64,000 nt of DNA from positions 32,001 through 96,000 of the forward strand of contig JAWCLG010000002.1 of NCBI GenBank assembly GCA_038851075.1, given 5' to 3'. This document shows, one piece after another, positions 19,599 through 29,450 of the stretch. Both the position numbers and the translations under genes were made by a program. The DNA comes from Candidatus Hadarchaeales archaeon (lineage in GTDB: Archaea; Hadarchaeota; Hadarchaeia; Hadarchaeales; Hadarchaeaceae). Within the stretch, counting starts at the first letter, position 1, and each line of letters begins with the position of its first letter. Under the pieces are notes generated by a model that made no database searches, was not told the origin of the DNA, and worked only from the letters and a program-made list of their open reading frames with translations.

Positions 19599-20828
19599 AT
19601 GAAAGCTTTGGCGTTGCTGACTGCGGTGGTTATCATGTGCGGCTTATGCCAGGCGGAGGAGTGGCCGACTTTTAGAAGGGACTCACTGCAGACAGGATAT
19701 TCACAGGACGCTGGACCTGAGAGGCCAGATATCGCGTGGTCCGCTGAAATAGAGCATTGTACGGTACACCTGACCGTTTCTGAATACATCGCATACGTTG
19801 TAAGCGGAGAGTATGTTTATGCCATCAACGTGTTTAACGGCTCTAGGATATGGACAGTAAAGATGGACGGAAACGTGTCACCAGTTACGGTTTACGGCGG
19901 AGATATCTACTTCGGAACGGCTAAAGGTACAATCCACTGCCTCAAAGGAAAAACCGGATCGTTGAACTGGAGCAGCTCTGTTTCCGGAGGCGTCTATGAT
20001 GCCCCGTTGATTGCCAACGGCAGGATATACCTGATCGCGGGCACAAATGTTTACTCAATTTACCCATCAACGGGGCAAAAAATATGGGAAAGATCTCTCG
20101 AAGACACCGTCACTGGGCTCTCTGCAGATTCGAACTCTGCGGTGGTGGTCACGGAATCTGGATGCGTATGGAACTTTGACCCAAACGGGGGAATCTTGTG
20201 GAAAGTTGCGACAGGAGAGGAGATAATTCACGCTCCGTCCATATCAGATGGCCTGATATACGTCAGTGCTGGAAACAGGCTCATAGTCATAGATAACGGT
20301 GCCGTTGCCGAGAATTTGGAGTTTGGATCAAAAGTTGGACCCGTTTCCGTTGGGCCCGATACCGCATACTTCGGGTGCGAGAACGGATCTGTGGTCGCGA
20401 TTACTAAAAACACCTTTGAGGAAAGATGGAACTACGTAACTGGAGGAAAGATACTTTCTCCACCTGCAATAGGCAAAAATAGGATGTATGTTGTTTCTGG
20501 AGACGGTTGCCTTTACTGCATAAGCGCCGAAAACGGAGGGCTTATCTGGAAATCGAGGCTTGGGCTGAAGGAAAACTCCTATCCGGTCATCGCTTATCTC
20601 AAGATATTCGTCTTCTCAGGCAACAGTGTGTACTGCATCGGGAGCTGGGGGTCCGTGCCGAACGGTGCCCTGACCAACGGTCTTATCTACTTAATAATCT
20701 CAATGTGCTTTTTTGCCTCCATTTTTGCTCTGAGAAAATTATCGCCCGAGGAAAAACCGGACAAAAAGCGAAAAGCTGTGAGAAAGCACGTAAGGAAAAA
20801 GAGAAGCGGAAAAAAACACAGTAGATAA
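19599..20828 (+). CDS. Secreted, membrane-anchored PQQ-like beta-propeller repeat protein
   Basis: Signal peptide, WP.FR.D...TG, repeated A....G...W motifs, C-terminal TM plus basic tail. Confidence 0.85.
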   Translation: MKALALLTAVVIMCGLCQAEEWPTFRRDSLQTGYSQDAGPERPDIAWSAEIEHCTVHLTVSEYIAYVVSGEYVYAINVFNGSRIWTVKMDGNVSPVTVYGGDIYFGTAKGTIHCLKGKTGSLNWSSSVSGGVYDAPLIANGRIYLIAGTNVYSIYPSTGQKIWERSLEDTVTGLSADSNSAVVVTESGCVWNFDPNGGILWKVATGEEIIHAPSISDGLIYVSAGNRLIVIDNGAVAENLEFGSKVGPVSVGPDTAYFGCENGSVVAITKNTFEERWNYVTGGKILSPPAIGKNRMYVVSGDGCLYCISAENGGLIWKSRLGLKENSYPVIAYLKIFVFSGNSVYCIGSWGSVPNGALTNGLIYLIISMCFFASIFALRKLSPEEKPDKKRKAVRKHVRKKRSGKKHSR

Positions 20829-20833
20829 TGGAC

Positions 20834-22048
20834 CTAGCCCCGCTCCCTGAAAATTCTAAATGAGTACTTTATAAGCAATGGTGCTACCACCGTGGTCGCG
20901 AGGACTATCAGCACCGTCAATGAGAGAAGAGAATGAGAGACAACGCCCGATTTCACGCCTATGGCGGCTATGACCAACGCCACCTCCCCTCTGGGAACCA
21001 TCCCTACTCCAACTCTCAGAGAATCTCCGGCAGAAAAACCGCCAATCAGAGCACCAACCCCACATCCGAGTATTTTGCTGATGAAAGACATGACGATCAC
21101 AACCGATCCGACCAGAATGCCTATGCTTGCGAGCTCACCAAAATTCATCCTTACGCCCATTTCTGTGAAAAAAATTGGAATGAAAAGAGCGTAGCCAATT
21201 GTTGTGATCTTGGCTCTCAGCGATTTTGCCACGGGAAGTCTGCTCATGACCATGCCTGCCAAAAAAGCCCCAGTAATTGCCGCCAAGCTCACTAACTCCG
21301 AAAGCGCGCTAACGAGGAATATTATCACAATTGTCAGGGAGAGTATAACCTCCTCAATGTTAAATCTCCCGATAAAACGCATTATTCCGGGTAAAATCTT
21401 GAGGCCGAACAGAAGCACTAGCACTATGAAAATAACCATCAGCGCTACGACCCGCGAAACTCCAAAAAGCGAGAGCGATCCCAAGGCGGCGCCAGAAAGC
21501 ACGCTCAGAATCATTATCCCCAGAATATCATCGATCACGGCCGCCTCAAGAATCGCCACACCAACTGGGGTGTGGAGTTTTCCTATGTCGACAAGCGCTC
21601 TAACAGTTAGACCAACGCTTGTGGCGGTGAGGACGGCGCCAAGGAAAGCAGCCTCGATGGTCCCCCACCCCAAAAACCATGCCAACGCGAAGCCAAAAAT
21701 AAAAGAGACCACAACTCCGGAAGAAGCCACCGCAATCGCGACCTTTCCCGATTTTTTAAACTCATCAATATCTATGGACACCCCGGCGAGGAAGAGTAGT
21801 AAAATTATGCCTATATCGCTGAAAACGTTCACCACACTGCCTGAAGGTGAATCCAGATTTATGAATAGATGATGTCCGAGAATCAAGTTCGAAATCTGGC
21901 CAGCAACAAAAGGCCCTATCATAATCCCGGAGATTAGTTCACCAACTACGGGGGGCTGCTTCAATCTCGAAAACAGTTCCCCGCCTAACCGCGCTGAAAG
22001 CAGGATAACCGCCAAGTAGATGAGAACGGAGGATATCTCAACTTCCAT
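20834..22048 (-). CDS. Cation:proton antiporter (CPA2/NapA-like)
   Basis: PPVVGEL..G, ATSV, AAVIDDI, PRGEVAL motifs. Confidence 0.92.
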   Translation of the reverse strand: MEVEISSVLIYLAVILLSARLGGELFSRLKQPPVVGELISGIMIGPFVAGQISNLILGHHLFINLDSPSGSVVNVFSDIGIILLLFLAGVSIDIDEFKKSGKVAIAVASSGVVVSFIFGFALAWFLGWGTIEAAFLGAVLTATSVGLTVRALVDIGKLHTPVGVAILEAAVIDDILGIMILSVLSGAALGSLSLFGVSRVVALMVIFIVLVLLFGLKILPGIMRFIGRFNIEEVILSLTIVIIFLVSALSELVSLAAITGAFLAGMVMSRLPVAKSLRAKITTIGYALFIPIFFTEMGVRMNFGELASIGILVGSVVIVMSFISKILGCGVGALIGGFSAGDSLRVGVGMVPRGEVALVIAAIGVKSGVVSHSLLSLTVLIVLATTVVAPLLIKYSFRIFRERG

Positions 22049-22127
22049 ATTTCTCCCCAGTTTTCCACATATGAAACCAACGGTGTACCTCAAAAAAAGA
22101 ATGCCCGGCAACCTCCAGATCTAAACT

Positions 22128-22532
22128 TCACCTTAGAAGCCTGTAGAACTCAATTATCTTCCTGAGATTGATGAGCCCCACAAGTTTTCCTCTCTCCGTG
22201 ACAGGAAGACTTCTCAACTTATGAATTGACATTATGTTAAGCACCTCCTCCATGTTCATATCTGGTGAAACCGTGACAGGATCTCTCGTCATTATATCTC
22301 CCACCTTAGTTGCCATCCTCTTCTTCAATTCCTGCACCATATCGGGGCCTACAACCGCCCTCTTTAAAGGTACCTGAAGAATCTGGAGCACATCGCTCTC
22401 GGTGACAATGCCTACGACTCTCTCCTTTTTGTCAACAACCGGAAAACTTCCCTCGATCTGGGAGAGAAGGCGTTCGATTAGCTCATCTATGGGGGTTTCT
22501 GGATTTACCTTTCTCGGCTTTGTGTTCATCAC
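22128..22532 (-). CDS. CBS-domain pair protein (true start possibly slightly upstream)
   Basis: FPVVD...VVGIVTESD, KVGDIMT, LPV...GKLVG; in-frame KVKDVM precedes the called GTG. Confidence 0.88.
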   Translation of the reverse strand: MMNTKPRKVNPETPIDELIERLLSQIEGSFPVVDKKERVVGIVTESDVLQILQVPLKRAVVGPDMVQELKKRMATKVGDIMTRDPVTVSPDMNMEEVLNIMSIHKLRSLPVTERGKLVGLINLRKIIEFYRLLR

Positions 22533-22650
22533 GTCCTTAACCTTTATGAGCCTAAGTTGCTCCGGATTTATCGGTCCTCTTATCGCTGTGATTCGAATCC
22601 CAATTGCTACTCTTTTTCTGCCTTATTAGCATTGTACATCCGGATTGAAG

Positions 22651-22728
22651 TGGTGGGGTCGCCGAGATTTGAACTCGGGTCACCGGCTCCCGAAGCCGGC
22701 AGGATGGACCAGTCTACCCCACGACCCC
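22651..22728 (-). tRNA. tRNA-Pro(CGG)
   Basis: GGGGTCG acceptor stem, anticodon arm CCGGC-TT-CGG-GA-GCCGG, GTTCAAATC T-loop, encoded CCA. Confidence 0.96.
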
Positions 22729-22779
22729 CTGTAAAAAATATCGTCTGCAAGTAAAAGCTTACGAGTTCATTGTCCTGAT

Positions 22780-23967
22780 TCAGGTCTTTCTTCCCTCAAG
22801 CAGATTCTCAAGCTCTTTCTCCAGCCACGCCACTGGCGCTTCCTGTATACCGATCTTTTTCTTCCCTTTAGAGCGCGCCTCCTTCACCTCAACAAGTCCG
22901 AGTCCCTCCATTCTTTTTAAATACTCCCAGAACTGGCTCTTCTCTCGTGGCTGCTCTCCGTATTCTTCGCATGCCGCACGATATGTTTTGTCTAGGTCTT
23001 CCCTTAACGTGTACGCCTTACCGGAAGATCTGAGTCTCCTGCACAGAGAGAGCAGAAGTATCTTTTCGTGGGGTAACAGCTCGCGCAAAACCTCGCGCTT
23101 GATAACCGGATAAACCTCGGCCTTTGCCTCCCTGACGTGCTCCGGATTGACCGAACTCTCTAACTTTCCATCTGCGATGAGCCCTGCCCTCCACAACAGC
23201 TCGAGCGCAAATCTAGCATCTCCAGTTGAAGATGCGATGTCGGCTATAAGATCCACAGACTCCTCCTCTACGGCCCCGGGTTTGAATGCCTCGTGGATTC
23301 TCTGCTGAAGTATGTCTTTAAGCTGCTCGGCAGTGTACCTGTTAAGCTCAAGCACGTTATGCATAAACGTGCTCTGTGTCGGGAGGTCAAGCGATTTGAG
23401 AAACTCCCTGTCCTTAGCAACAGCTATGATACTTATTCTGTTAGGCTGGCCTTCATCCTCATACATCCTAGTCAGCGAGTACATCAGGTCGGGACCCTCC
23501 ATGCGGACGTAATAGTCTATTTCATCAAGGCAAAGGGTGAGGTATGCATCGTGCGTCCTCATGTAGGTTGAGATCAGATCTATCAGTTTTTCCGGTGACA
23601 GCCCATGATGAGGCCATTTTGGATTGTAATGATGATGTATTTTGGATATGATCGAAAAGTAGCTCTTGTCCTTTCTGCAGTTTATGTGGAGATAGCTCAG
23701 ATTCATTCCTCTCCCCTTCGCCGTAGCCTCCAGATCGGCGCCAAACCTTCCCGCTATGGCAGTCTTTCCTACCCCAACGCTTCCTGTGATTAAAACCCGC
23801 TGGCTCATCCTGTTCTCCAGGAGAGGTCTAAAAACTCTGATTAACCATCTAAACTCCTCATCTCTGTGCACCAAAACCTGAGGGACGTAGTCTGGAGAGA
23901 GTTTGCTCGCGTCCCTGAAAACTGACGGCCTTTCCAGTTCCTCCTCGAAGAGATTCCTCATTTGCAC
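22780..23967 (-). CDS. cdc6: Orc1/Cdc6 replication initiator paralog
   Basis: L.PDYVP..L.HR, Walker A GSVGVGKT, INC, LDEID, GDAR.AL.LL, C-terminal winged helix. Confidence 0.92.
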   Translation of the reverse strand: MQMRNLFEEELERPSVFRDASKLSPDYVPQVLVHRDEEFRWLIRVFRPLLENRMSQRVLITGSVGVGKTAIAGRFGADLEATAKGRGMNLSYLHINCRKDKSYFSIISKIHHHYNPKWPHHGLSPEKLIDLISTYMRTHDAYLTLCLDEIDYYVRMEGPDLMYSLTRMYEDEGQPNRISIIAVAKDREFLKSLDLPTQSTFMHNVLELNRYTAEQLKDILQQRIHEAFKPGAVEEESVDLIADIASSTGDARFALELLWRAGLIADGKLESSVNPEHVREAKAEVYPVIKREVLRELLPHEKILLLSLCRRLRSSGKAYTLREDLDKTYRAACEEYGEQPREKSQFWEYLKRMEGLGLVEVKEARSKGKKKIGIQEAPVAWLEKELENLLEGRKT

Positions 23968-24008
23968 CCCCAGTATGAGATTTGCTGAGGCTCATAAAAA
24001 CGGTGCAA

Positions 24009-25115
24009 TCATGCTATCCTTACCATGTGTGTCTGGAAATACCCACTAATCACAGGTATGTATCCCCTCAGCTCTGAATCTAGCCCCGGATCTCCCGTAT
24101 CCACCTTAAGTACTGGTGTGAGGCTCAGTTTTTGAGGAGTGGCCAGAACTATGATGTTCTTCTTTCCAACCTTTTTGATAACCCTAGGGCTGATCTGCTG
24201 GTTCCCTCTTCCGAAGATGAATCCCTGTCTGCCAAGAGGACTCACAACAATTGCGGCAGGATTCTTCTCAATCTTCTCCATTATCTGATTTTCATTAACA
24301 TCCTTTCCAACAAGTTTATAGTCAAGTATCAAATCCACACCAAGCAGGGTAGAGTCATATATCCCAAGCTCTTCGGCGACTGCCCTTGTGGTTGTTCCCG
24401 GGCCAAGTATGTAAACCCTCCCTTTTTCCATTAACTCGACCATCCATCTTGCTATGGCCTTCTGGTCAGCTGTTTCGAACCCGGAGCTACTCTCCTTTCC
24501 AGTCTGCATCATGACCGGCTCATAGGGCACAACGGCGTATCCCTTCAGACTAACCGCCAGCTCGTCCCTCCTGTATGTATCCTCGTCTATATCCATCACC
24601 TCGGCCTCTCTGACCGGTAACCCTCGTGAAAGAAAAAGCGAGGCCACATCTCCCGCGGCGCTCGGTGTGTTCGCAAAAACCGCTGAATATATCTTCACTC
24701 CTGATGGCACTCCTAAAATTGGGACCTTGCTTCCGGCGACCTCATAAACGTCTCTCGCTGTTCCATCCCCACCTACAAACATCACAAGATCCACTCCCAT
24801 CTCGATCATCTTTTTTACCGCAAGCTTTGTGTCCTCCGCTGTGGTCTGCCCCGGCTTTATGCTGCCTATGACTGTCGGCTCACACCCGCTCTCTCTCACC
24901 ACGGTCTCACCCATTTCTCCGGGATATGTTATTACCTGAACCTGATCTCGCATCCTCGTCAGCCTCTTCATGGCTTCTAGTCCTCTTTTGTGAGAAACCG
25001 GTTCCGCACCGAGCTCAACTGCCCGTCTCAGAGCCTCTGGTCCATCAGTTCCCTTCAATCCCACGCGTCCGCCCATTCCGGCGATCGGGTTCACGACAAA
25101 CCCTATTTTCCTCAT
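24009..25115 (-). CDS. ATP-NAD kinase-like protein (COG3199/AcoX-like)
   Basis: VNPIAGMGGRVGLKGTDG, GGDGTARD, GVK.YS.VFA, GRGNQQISP. Confidence 0.88.
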   Translation of the reverse strand: MRKIGFVVNPIAGMGGRVGLKGTDGPEALRRAVELGAEPVSHKRGLEAMKRLTRMRDQVQVITYPGEMGETVVRESGCEPTVIGSIKPGQTTAEDTKLAVKKMIEMGVDLVMFVGGDGTARDVYEVAGSKVPILGVPSGVKIYSAVFANTPSAAGDVASLFLSRGLPVREAEVMDIDEDTYRRDELAVSLKGYAVVPYEPVMMQTGKESSSGFETADQKAIARWMVELMEKGRVYILGPGTTTRAVAEELGIYDSTLLGVDLILDYKLVGKDVNENQIMEKIEKNPAAIVVSPLGRQGFIFGRGNQQISPRVIKKVGKKNIIVLATPQKLSLTPVLKVDTGDPGLDSELRGYIPVISGYFQTHMVRIA

Positions 25116-25122
25116 CTGTCTA

Positions 25123-26637
25123 TCAACTTCCGTTTTCATCTTGCTGATGCCCTGAGAGATACATTCTCCAGCTAAGTATTGGTTCCTTCGCTGCCTTCAC
25201 CTCATCCAGCCTGCCGATTGCCGTGCACAGAGGAGCTGAACGCAGAAGCTCAGGATTTTCTCTCGCATCTTTAGCGATCTCCCGCATCACGCCGATGAAC
25301 CTGTCAAGCTCCTCCTTTGTTTCCGTTTCAGTTGGCTCCACCATAAGAGCCTCGGAAACTATTGGTGGAAAGTAATAAGTCGGCGCGTGCATGCCATAGT
25401 CAAGAATTCTCTTTGCGACGTCTCTTGCTGTTACTCCAGTCTCCCTCTTGAGCGGCTCCGCTGTAAATACCACCTCATGCTTGCATACTCCATCAAACGC
25501 CGGCTTGAATCCGTCTATCTCTGATATTTTTTTTCTGATGTAGTTTGCATTCGCAACCGCTGTTTCAGTGACCTCCTGAAGTCCCTCTCCTCCCATCATC
25601 AGAAGGTAAGTATAAGCCCTGACAAGCACGCCGAAGTTTCCATAAAATGACCTGATCTTGCCTATCGAGTCCGGCCTGTCATAGTTCAAATAATATCTAT
25701 TTTTTTCTTGATCGTACTCTATGAGAGGGACCGGCAAGAACCTCTCCAGCTTTTCGTTCACGCCCACCGGACCGGAACCGGGCCCTCCTCCGCCGTGTGG
25801 TGTGGAGAACGTCTTGTGAAGATTTAGATGGACCACATCAAAACCCATATCTCCTGGTCTGGTCCTGCCGAGAATGCCGTTCATATTTGCTCCGTCGTAG
25901 TATAGAAGACCTCCAGCCTCATGCACTATTTTTGCTATCTCATGGATCCCGTCCTCAAAGAGACCCAGCGTGTTTGGGTTTGTGAGCATGATCGCCGCGG
26001 TCTGATCGGAAACTGCAGCTCTCAGAGCATCGATATTCACCCTTCCGCGTGAGTCAGACGGAATGACTCTCACCCTGAACCCAGCCATCGCGGCGCTGGC
26101 AAAGTTTGTGCCGTGGGCCGAGTCCGGGATTATAACCTCAGTTCTGTGATCCTCCCTGTAATTGTGATATGCTCTTATTAAAAGAAGACCAAGAAGCTCC
26201 CCATGGGCCCCTGCTGCCGGATGGAGACAGACCCTCTTTACTCCGGCAATCTCCGCAAGCATTCTCTCGAGTCTGTACATGAGCTCTAAGCATCCCTGAA
26301 CTGTGCTTTCATCCTGATACGGATGAACGTTTGTGCTATCCATCCATGCCATCTCATCGCATATTTTCGGATTGTACTTCATGGTGCAGGACCCTATCGG
26401 ATAAAAAACCAGATCTATGCAATAGTTCATCTGCGAAAGTCTTGTGTAGTGCCGCACAACTTCTGGCTCTGAAAGCTCTGGAAGATTGAGCGAGGTCCTC
26501 CTCAGTTTTTCCGGTATTTCAAAATCAGATGGCCTTTTCTGCGGCAGATGGACCCCTGTTTTTTCTGCCTTGCCAAGTTCAAAGATGATCGGCTCAAGTC
26601 CTGAACCGGTTGCCCACCTTGCCTGTCTGAAGTTCAT
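25123..26637 (-). CDS. gcvPB: Glycine dehydrogenase P-protein subunit 2
   Basis: YP.GSCTMKYNP, AAGAHGE, SAHGTN.AS, HLNLHKTFSTPHGGGGPG. Confidence 0.96.
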   Translation of the reverse strand: MNFRQARWATGSGLEPIIFELGKAEKTGVHLPQKRPSDFEIPEKLRRTSLNLPELSEPEVVRHYTRLSQMNYCIDLVFYPIGSCTMKYNPKICDEMAWMDSTNVHPYQDESTVQGCLELMYRLERMLAEIAGVKRVCLHPAAGAHGELLGLLLIRAYHNYREDHRTEVIIPDSAHGTNFASAAMAGFRVRVIPSDSRGRVNIDALRAAVSDQTAAIMLTNPNTLGLFEDGIHEIAKIVHEAGGLLYYDGANMNGILGRTRPGDMGFDVVHLNLHKTFSTPHGGGGPGSGPVGVNEKLERFLPVPLIEYDQEKNRYYLNYDRPDSIGKIRSFYGNFGVLVRAYTYLLMMGGEGLQEVTETAVANANYIRKKISEIDGFKPAFDGVCKHEVVFTAEPLKRETGVTARDVAKRILDYGMHAPTYYFPPIVSEALMVEPTETETKEELDRFIGVMREIAKDARENPELLRSAPLCTAIGRLDEVKAAKEPILSWRMYLSGHQQDENGS

Positions 26638-28031
26638 AATCTCTCCTCCAGAATGGCCGAAACCGAATCGATAAACTTGTTCATATCATCCTCTGTATGA
26701 AGTTCTGTTGCGCAGACAAGTGATGTCTCTCCAAGCTCAGGGAACTCTCTCTTAAGCGGTTTACCTCCATGAACTCCCCTCATCAGAAGCTCCGAATTCA
26801 TCTTTTCAATGCCGATCTCCTTTGAAACAATTTTCATTGTGAACTCATTGAAGTGCGGCGATTCGAATACGGGAGCAACAACGCCGCTTATTCTTCCAAG
26901 TCTCTTCATCAAGAATTTTGCATTGGAGGCGCAGATTTCTGCCACATCCCTGAGACCTCTAGGACCCATTGATGCGAGGTATATCGCGGCGGCTATTGCA
27001 CAAAGCGTTTCATTCGAGCATATGTTGGATGTCGCTCTCTCTCGCCTTATGTGCTGTTCCCTTGTCTGAAGCGCCATTACAAATCCTCTGGTCTTTCCAT
27101 CAACCGTGGTCGTCATTCCAGAAATTCTTCCGGGCAATGACCTTATCATCTTCTCCTCTCCCCTGCACGCGAAAAGGCCAAGCGCGGGGCCTCCAAAGCT
27201 CACCGGATTGCCAAGCGGCTGTCCCTCTCCAACAACTATGTCCGCGCCGTACTCGCCCGGTGGTTTCAGGAGTCCAAGCGAGATTGGATTGACCCCAACC
27301 ACGAACATCGCCCCAGCCTCATGCGCCATTCGCTCTATTTCGTCCACCTGAACTTCAAGGAATCCGAGATAAGCGGGGTTCTCTATGTATACTCCCGCGG
27401 TGTTTTTGTCCAGTTTTCTCTTAAGGTCTTCCAAATCCACATTCCCGGTTTTTTTATTGTGACCAACTCTGACTATCTCAAGGCCTGCCCCTGAGGAGTA
27501 ATTTTTGAGCACAGAAAGACGATCACGTGACATTATATCGGGTACCAGGAATCTTTCCCTTTCGGTAACGCGGGCGCACATCAGGGCTGCTTCTCCAAGG
27601 GCCGTTGCCCAATCATACATAGACGCATTTGCCACATCCAATCCCACAAGCTCACATATCATGCTCTGGTACTCGAAGAGAGCCTGCAGGACACCTTGGC
27701 TGACCTCCGCCTGGTAAGGTGTGTAGGAAGTTAGGAACTCTGCCCTTGAAACAAGAGCTTTAACGTGCGCGGGAACGTAGTGGGGCCAGACACCGCCGCC
27801 GAGAAAAACTGGAAATTTGGTGAAGGGGACGTTTTTTGAGAGAATCTCCGTAACATGCCTCCTAACCTCCTGCTCCGACATTCTGGGCGGAAGACTGAGC
27901 GGACGCTTTAGTCTGACCTCTTCTGGGATATCTGAAAAAAGATCTTCTACGCTGTTCACTCCTATATCGACAAGCATCTCTTCTCTAATCCTCTTGAAGC
28001 TGGGGATATAGTGGTGGCTCATCTTCTGCAC
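26634..28031 (-). CDS. gcvPA: Glycine dehydrogenase P-protein subunit 1
   Basis: EFLTSYTPYQAE.SQG.LQALFEYQ, NASMYD, QTREQHIRRE.ATSNICSN. Confidence 0.96.
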   Translation of the reverse strand: MQKMSHHYIPSFKRIREEMLVDIGVNSVEDLFSDIPEEVRLKRPLSLPPRMSEQEVRRHVTEILSKNVPFTKFPVFLGGGVWPHYVPAHVKALVSRAEFLTSYTPYQAEVSQGVLQALFEYQSMICELVGLDVANASMYDWATALGEAALMCARVTERERFLVPDIMSRDRLSVLKNYSSGAGLEIVRVGHNKKTGNVDLEDLKRKLDKNTAGVYIENPAYLGFLEVQVDEIERMAHEAGAMFVVGVNPISLGLLKPPGEYGADIVVGEGQPLGNPVSFGGPALGLFACRGEEKMIRSLPGRISGMTTTVDGKTRGFVMALQTREQHIRRERATSNICSNETLCAIAAAIYLASMGPRGLRDVAEICASNAKFLMKRLGRISGVVAPVFESPHFNEFTMKIVSKEIGIEKMNSELLMRGVHGGKPLKREFPELGETSLVCATELHTEDDMNKFIDSVSAILEERL

Positions 28032-28475
28032 TTAGCCAGATGTTTTCAAATACTCTTTGTATTGGCTGGCGTTCATCAGATTTTTAAGCTCAACGTCAAG
28101 ATTCTTTGCGCTTATCGCGCATATCCATCCTTCATTATAAGGATCTGTGTTTATCAATTCGGGGCGTTCTTTGAGAACTCTGTTAACTTCAAGTATCGTT
28201 CCACTTACCGGGGCATATACCGCCGAAACTGCTTTAATTGACTCTAGAACCGCAATCTCCATATCCCTCCCCTTTTTTTCCTCAAGCTGTCTGACTGCCT
28301 GGCCCTCTGCCGGAAGCTCAACGTAAACTATGTCCCCCAGCTTTGACTGTGCGTAATCTGTGACCCCCACTCTCACCATGGTGCCCTCTATCTTCGCCCA
28401 CTCATGATCTCTCGTGTAATAGAGACCCTCAGGAATTTTTGTTTCAACTCTGCTCATATCTTGCACCTTTTCCAC
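28032..28475 (-). CDS. gcvH: Glycine cleavage H protein
   Basis: Y...HEW, GVTDYAQ..LGDIVYVELP, ESIKA lipoyl-Lys, PELIN.DPY..GW. Confidence 0.95.
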   Translation of the reverse strand: MEKVQDMSRVETKIPEGLYYTRDHEWAKIEGTMVRVGVTDYAQSKLGDIVYVELPAEGQAVRQLEEKKGRDMEIAVLESIKAVSAVYAPVSGTILEVNRVLKERPELINTDPYNEGWICAISAKNLDVELKNLMNASQYKEYLKTSG

Positions 28476-28478
28476 TAT

Positions 28479-29450
28479 TCAACCTGCAGTAAAAACCCTA
28501 TCCCCCATCTCTTTCTTTATTCTTTCTATCTCAACCAAGGATGGTGGTCGGGGGTAGTTGTAAATCGGCCCTCGAGGAGATTCATTGAAAAACGGCCTGT
28601 TACAATGCGGACAACCGGATGTCATGAAAGGCTTCCCCGTGCTCACTATTCCGTCTAACCTTTTCTCCTTGATCCCAAAGCTAATTATCCTTCCGCCTCT
28701 GAATTCAAAGTCCTCCACCCTCGCAAGTTCACATGAAACAAGATACCGGATCACCTGAACCCTCCGATACGTTCTTATCTCCGGCTGGGGTCTGTTTTCC
28801 AATGGTGTTCCCCTCACCGGAAAAAACGCGAAGAGCCCCGTATCTACTCCAAGGTCATGCATCTGCTGAATTGTTCTCGCAATTTCCACCTCGCTCTCTC
28901 CTAATCCGACGATAAGGTGTGTGGTCGCCTTGCCGAAAACCCTTCGTGCTTCGACTAGGGCCTCAATATGCTTCGTCCAAGTATAGTACGGCCCCTTCAT
29001 CCTTGCGAAGATGGCAGGAGCTGAACAGTCAAGTGGGATACACATCCTCTCAGCTCCAGCCTCTCTGAGGGCTTCTATCCCTTCAAGGCTCAAAGGCGGA
29101 CAGCATACTGATATCGGGGCGCCGCAAACTTCGCTCAATTCCCTGACCGTCTGGAGGAGATCAGGGAAAGAATTTTTGTAGTTAACCTGCTGAACACATA
29201 TTCTCCCGAAGTCCGATCTCGCCAGCCTTTCCACCACTTCCTCGGCCCTCCACTCCGGCCAGATCACTCTCGAGACGGTAGAGGGGTCCCCCACTGCCTC
29301 CTTCGCCTTAGGACAGAACCTGCAGTTCGACAAACATTTTCCATTTCTATCGATCATGATATGGGCGGTGGAGGGAGCCACCTCCTGCTTTCCGCCCCAG
29401 AGACCTAGGACTATTCCCGTCCCGAATGCCACTCTCAACCTTTCAACCAT
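28479..29450 (-). CDS. lipS2: Archaeal-type lipoyl synthase subunit LipS2 (radical SAM)
   Basis: CLSNCRFC plus C-terminal TSGCPHCNRP matching the TxGCPxC(N/D)RP motif of Thermococcus LipS2; located between lplA and gcvH. Confidence 0.82.
   Translation of the reverse strand: MVERLRVAFGTGIVLGLWGGKQEVAPSTAHIMIDRNGKCLSNCRFCPKAKEAVGDPSTVSRVIWPEWRAEEVVERLARSDFGRICVQQVNYKNSFPDLLQTVRELSEVCGAPISVCCPPLSLEGIEALREAGAERMCIPLDCSAPAIFARMKGPYYTWTKHIEALVEARRVFGKATTHLIVGLGESEVEIARTIQQMHDLGVDTGLFAFFPVRGTPLENRPQPEIRTYRRVQVIRYLVSCELARVEDFEFRGGRIISFGIKEKRLDGIVSTGKPFMTSGCPHCNRPFFNESPRGPIYNYPRPPSLVEIERIKKEMGDRVFTAG

Noticed and set aside
22651-23967. Integrated element at tRNA-Pro carrying a cdc6 paralog
   Set aside because: No integrase, no duplicated tRNA 3' end seen, and neighbours are housekeeping genes
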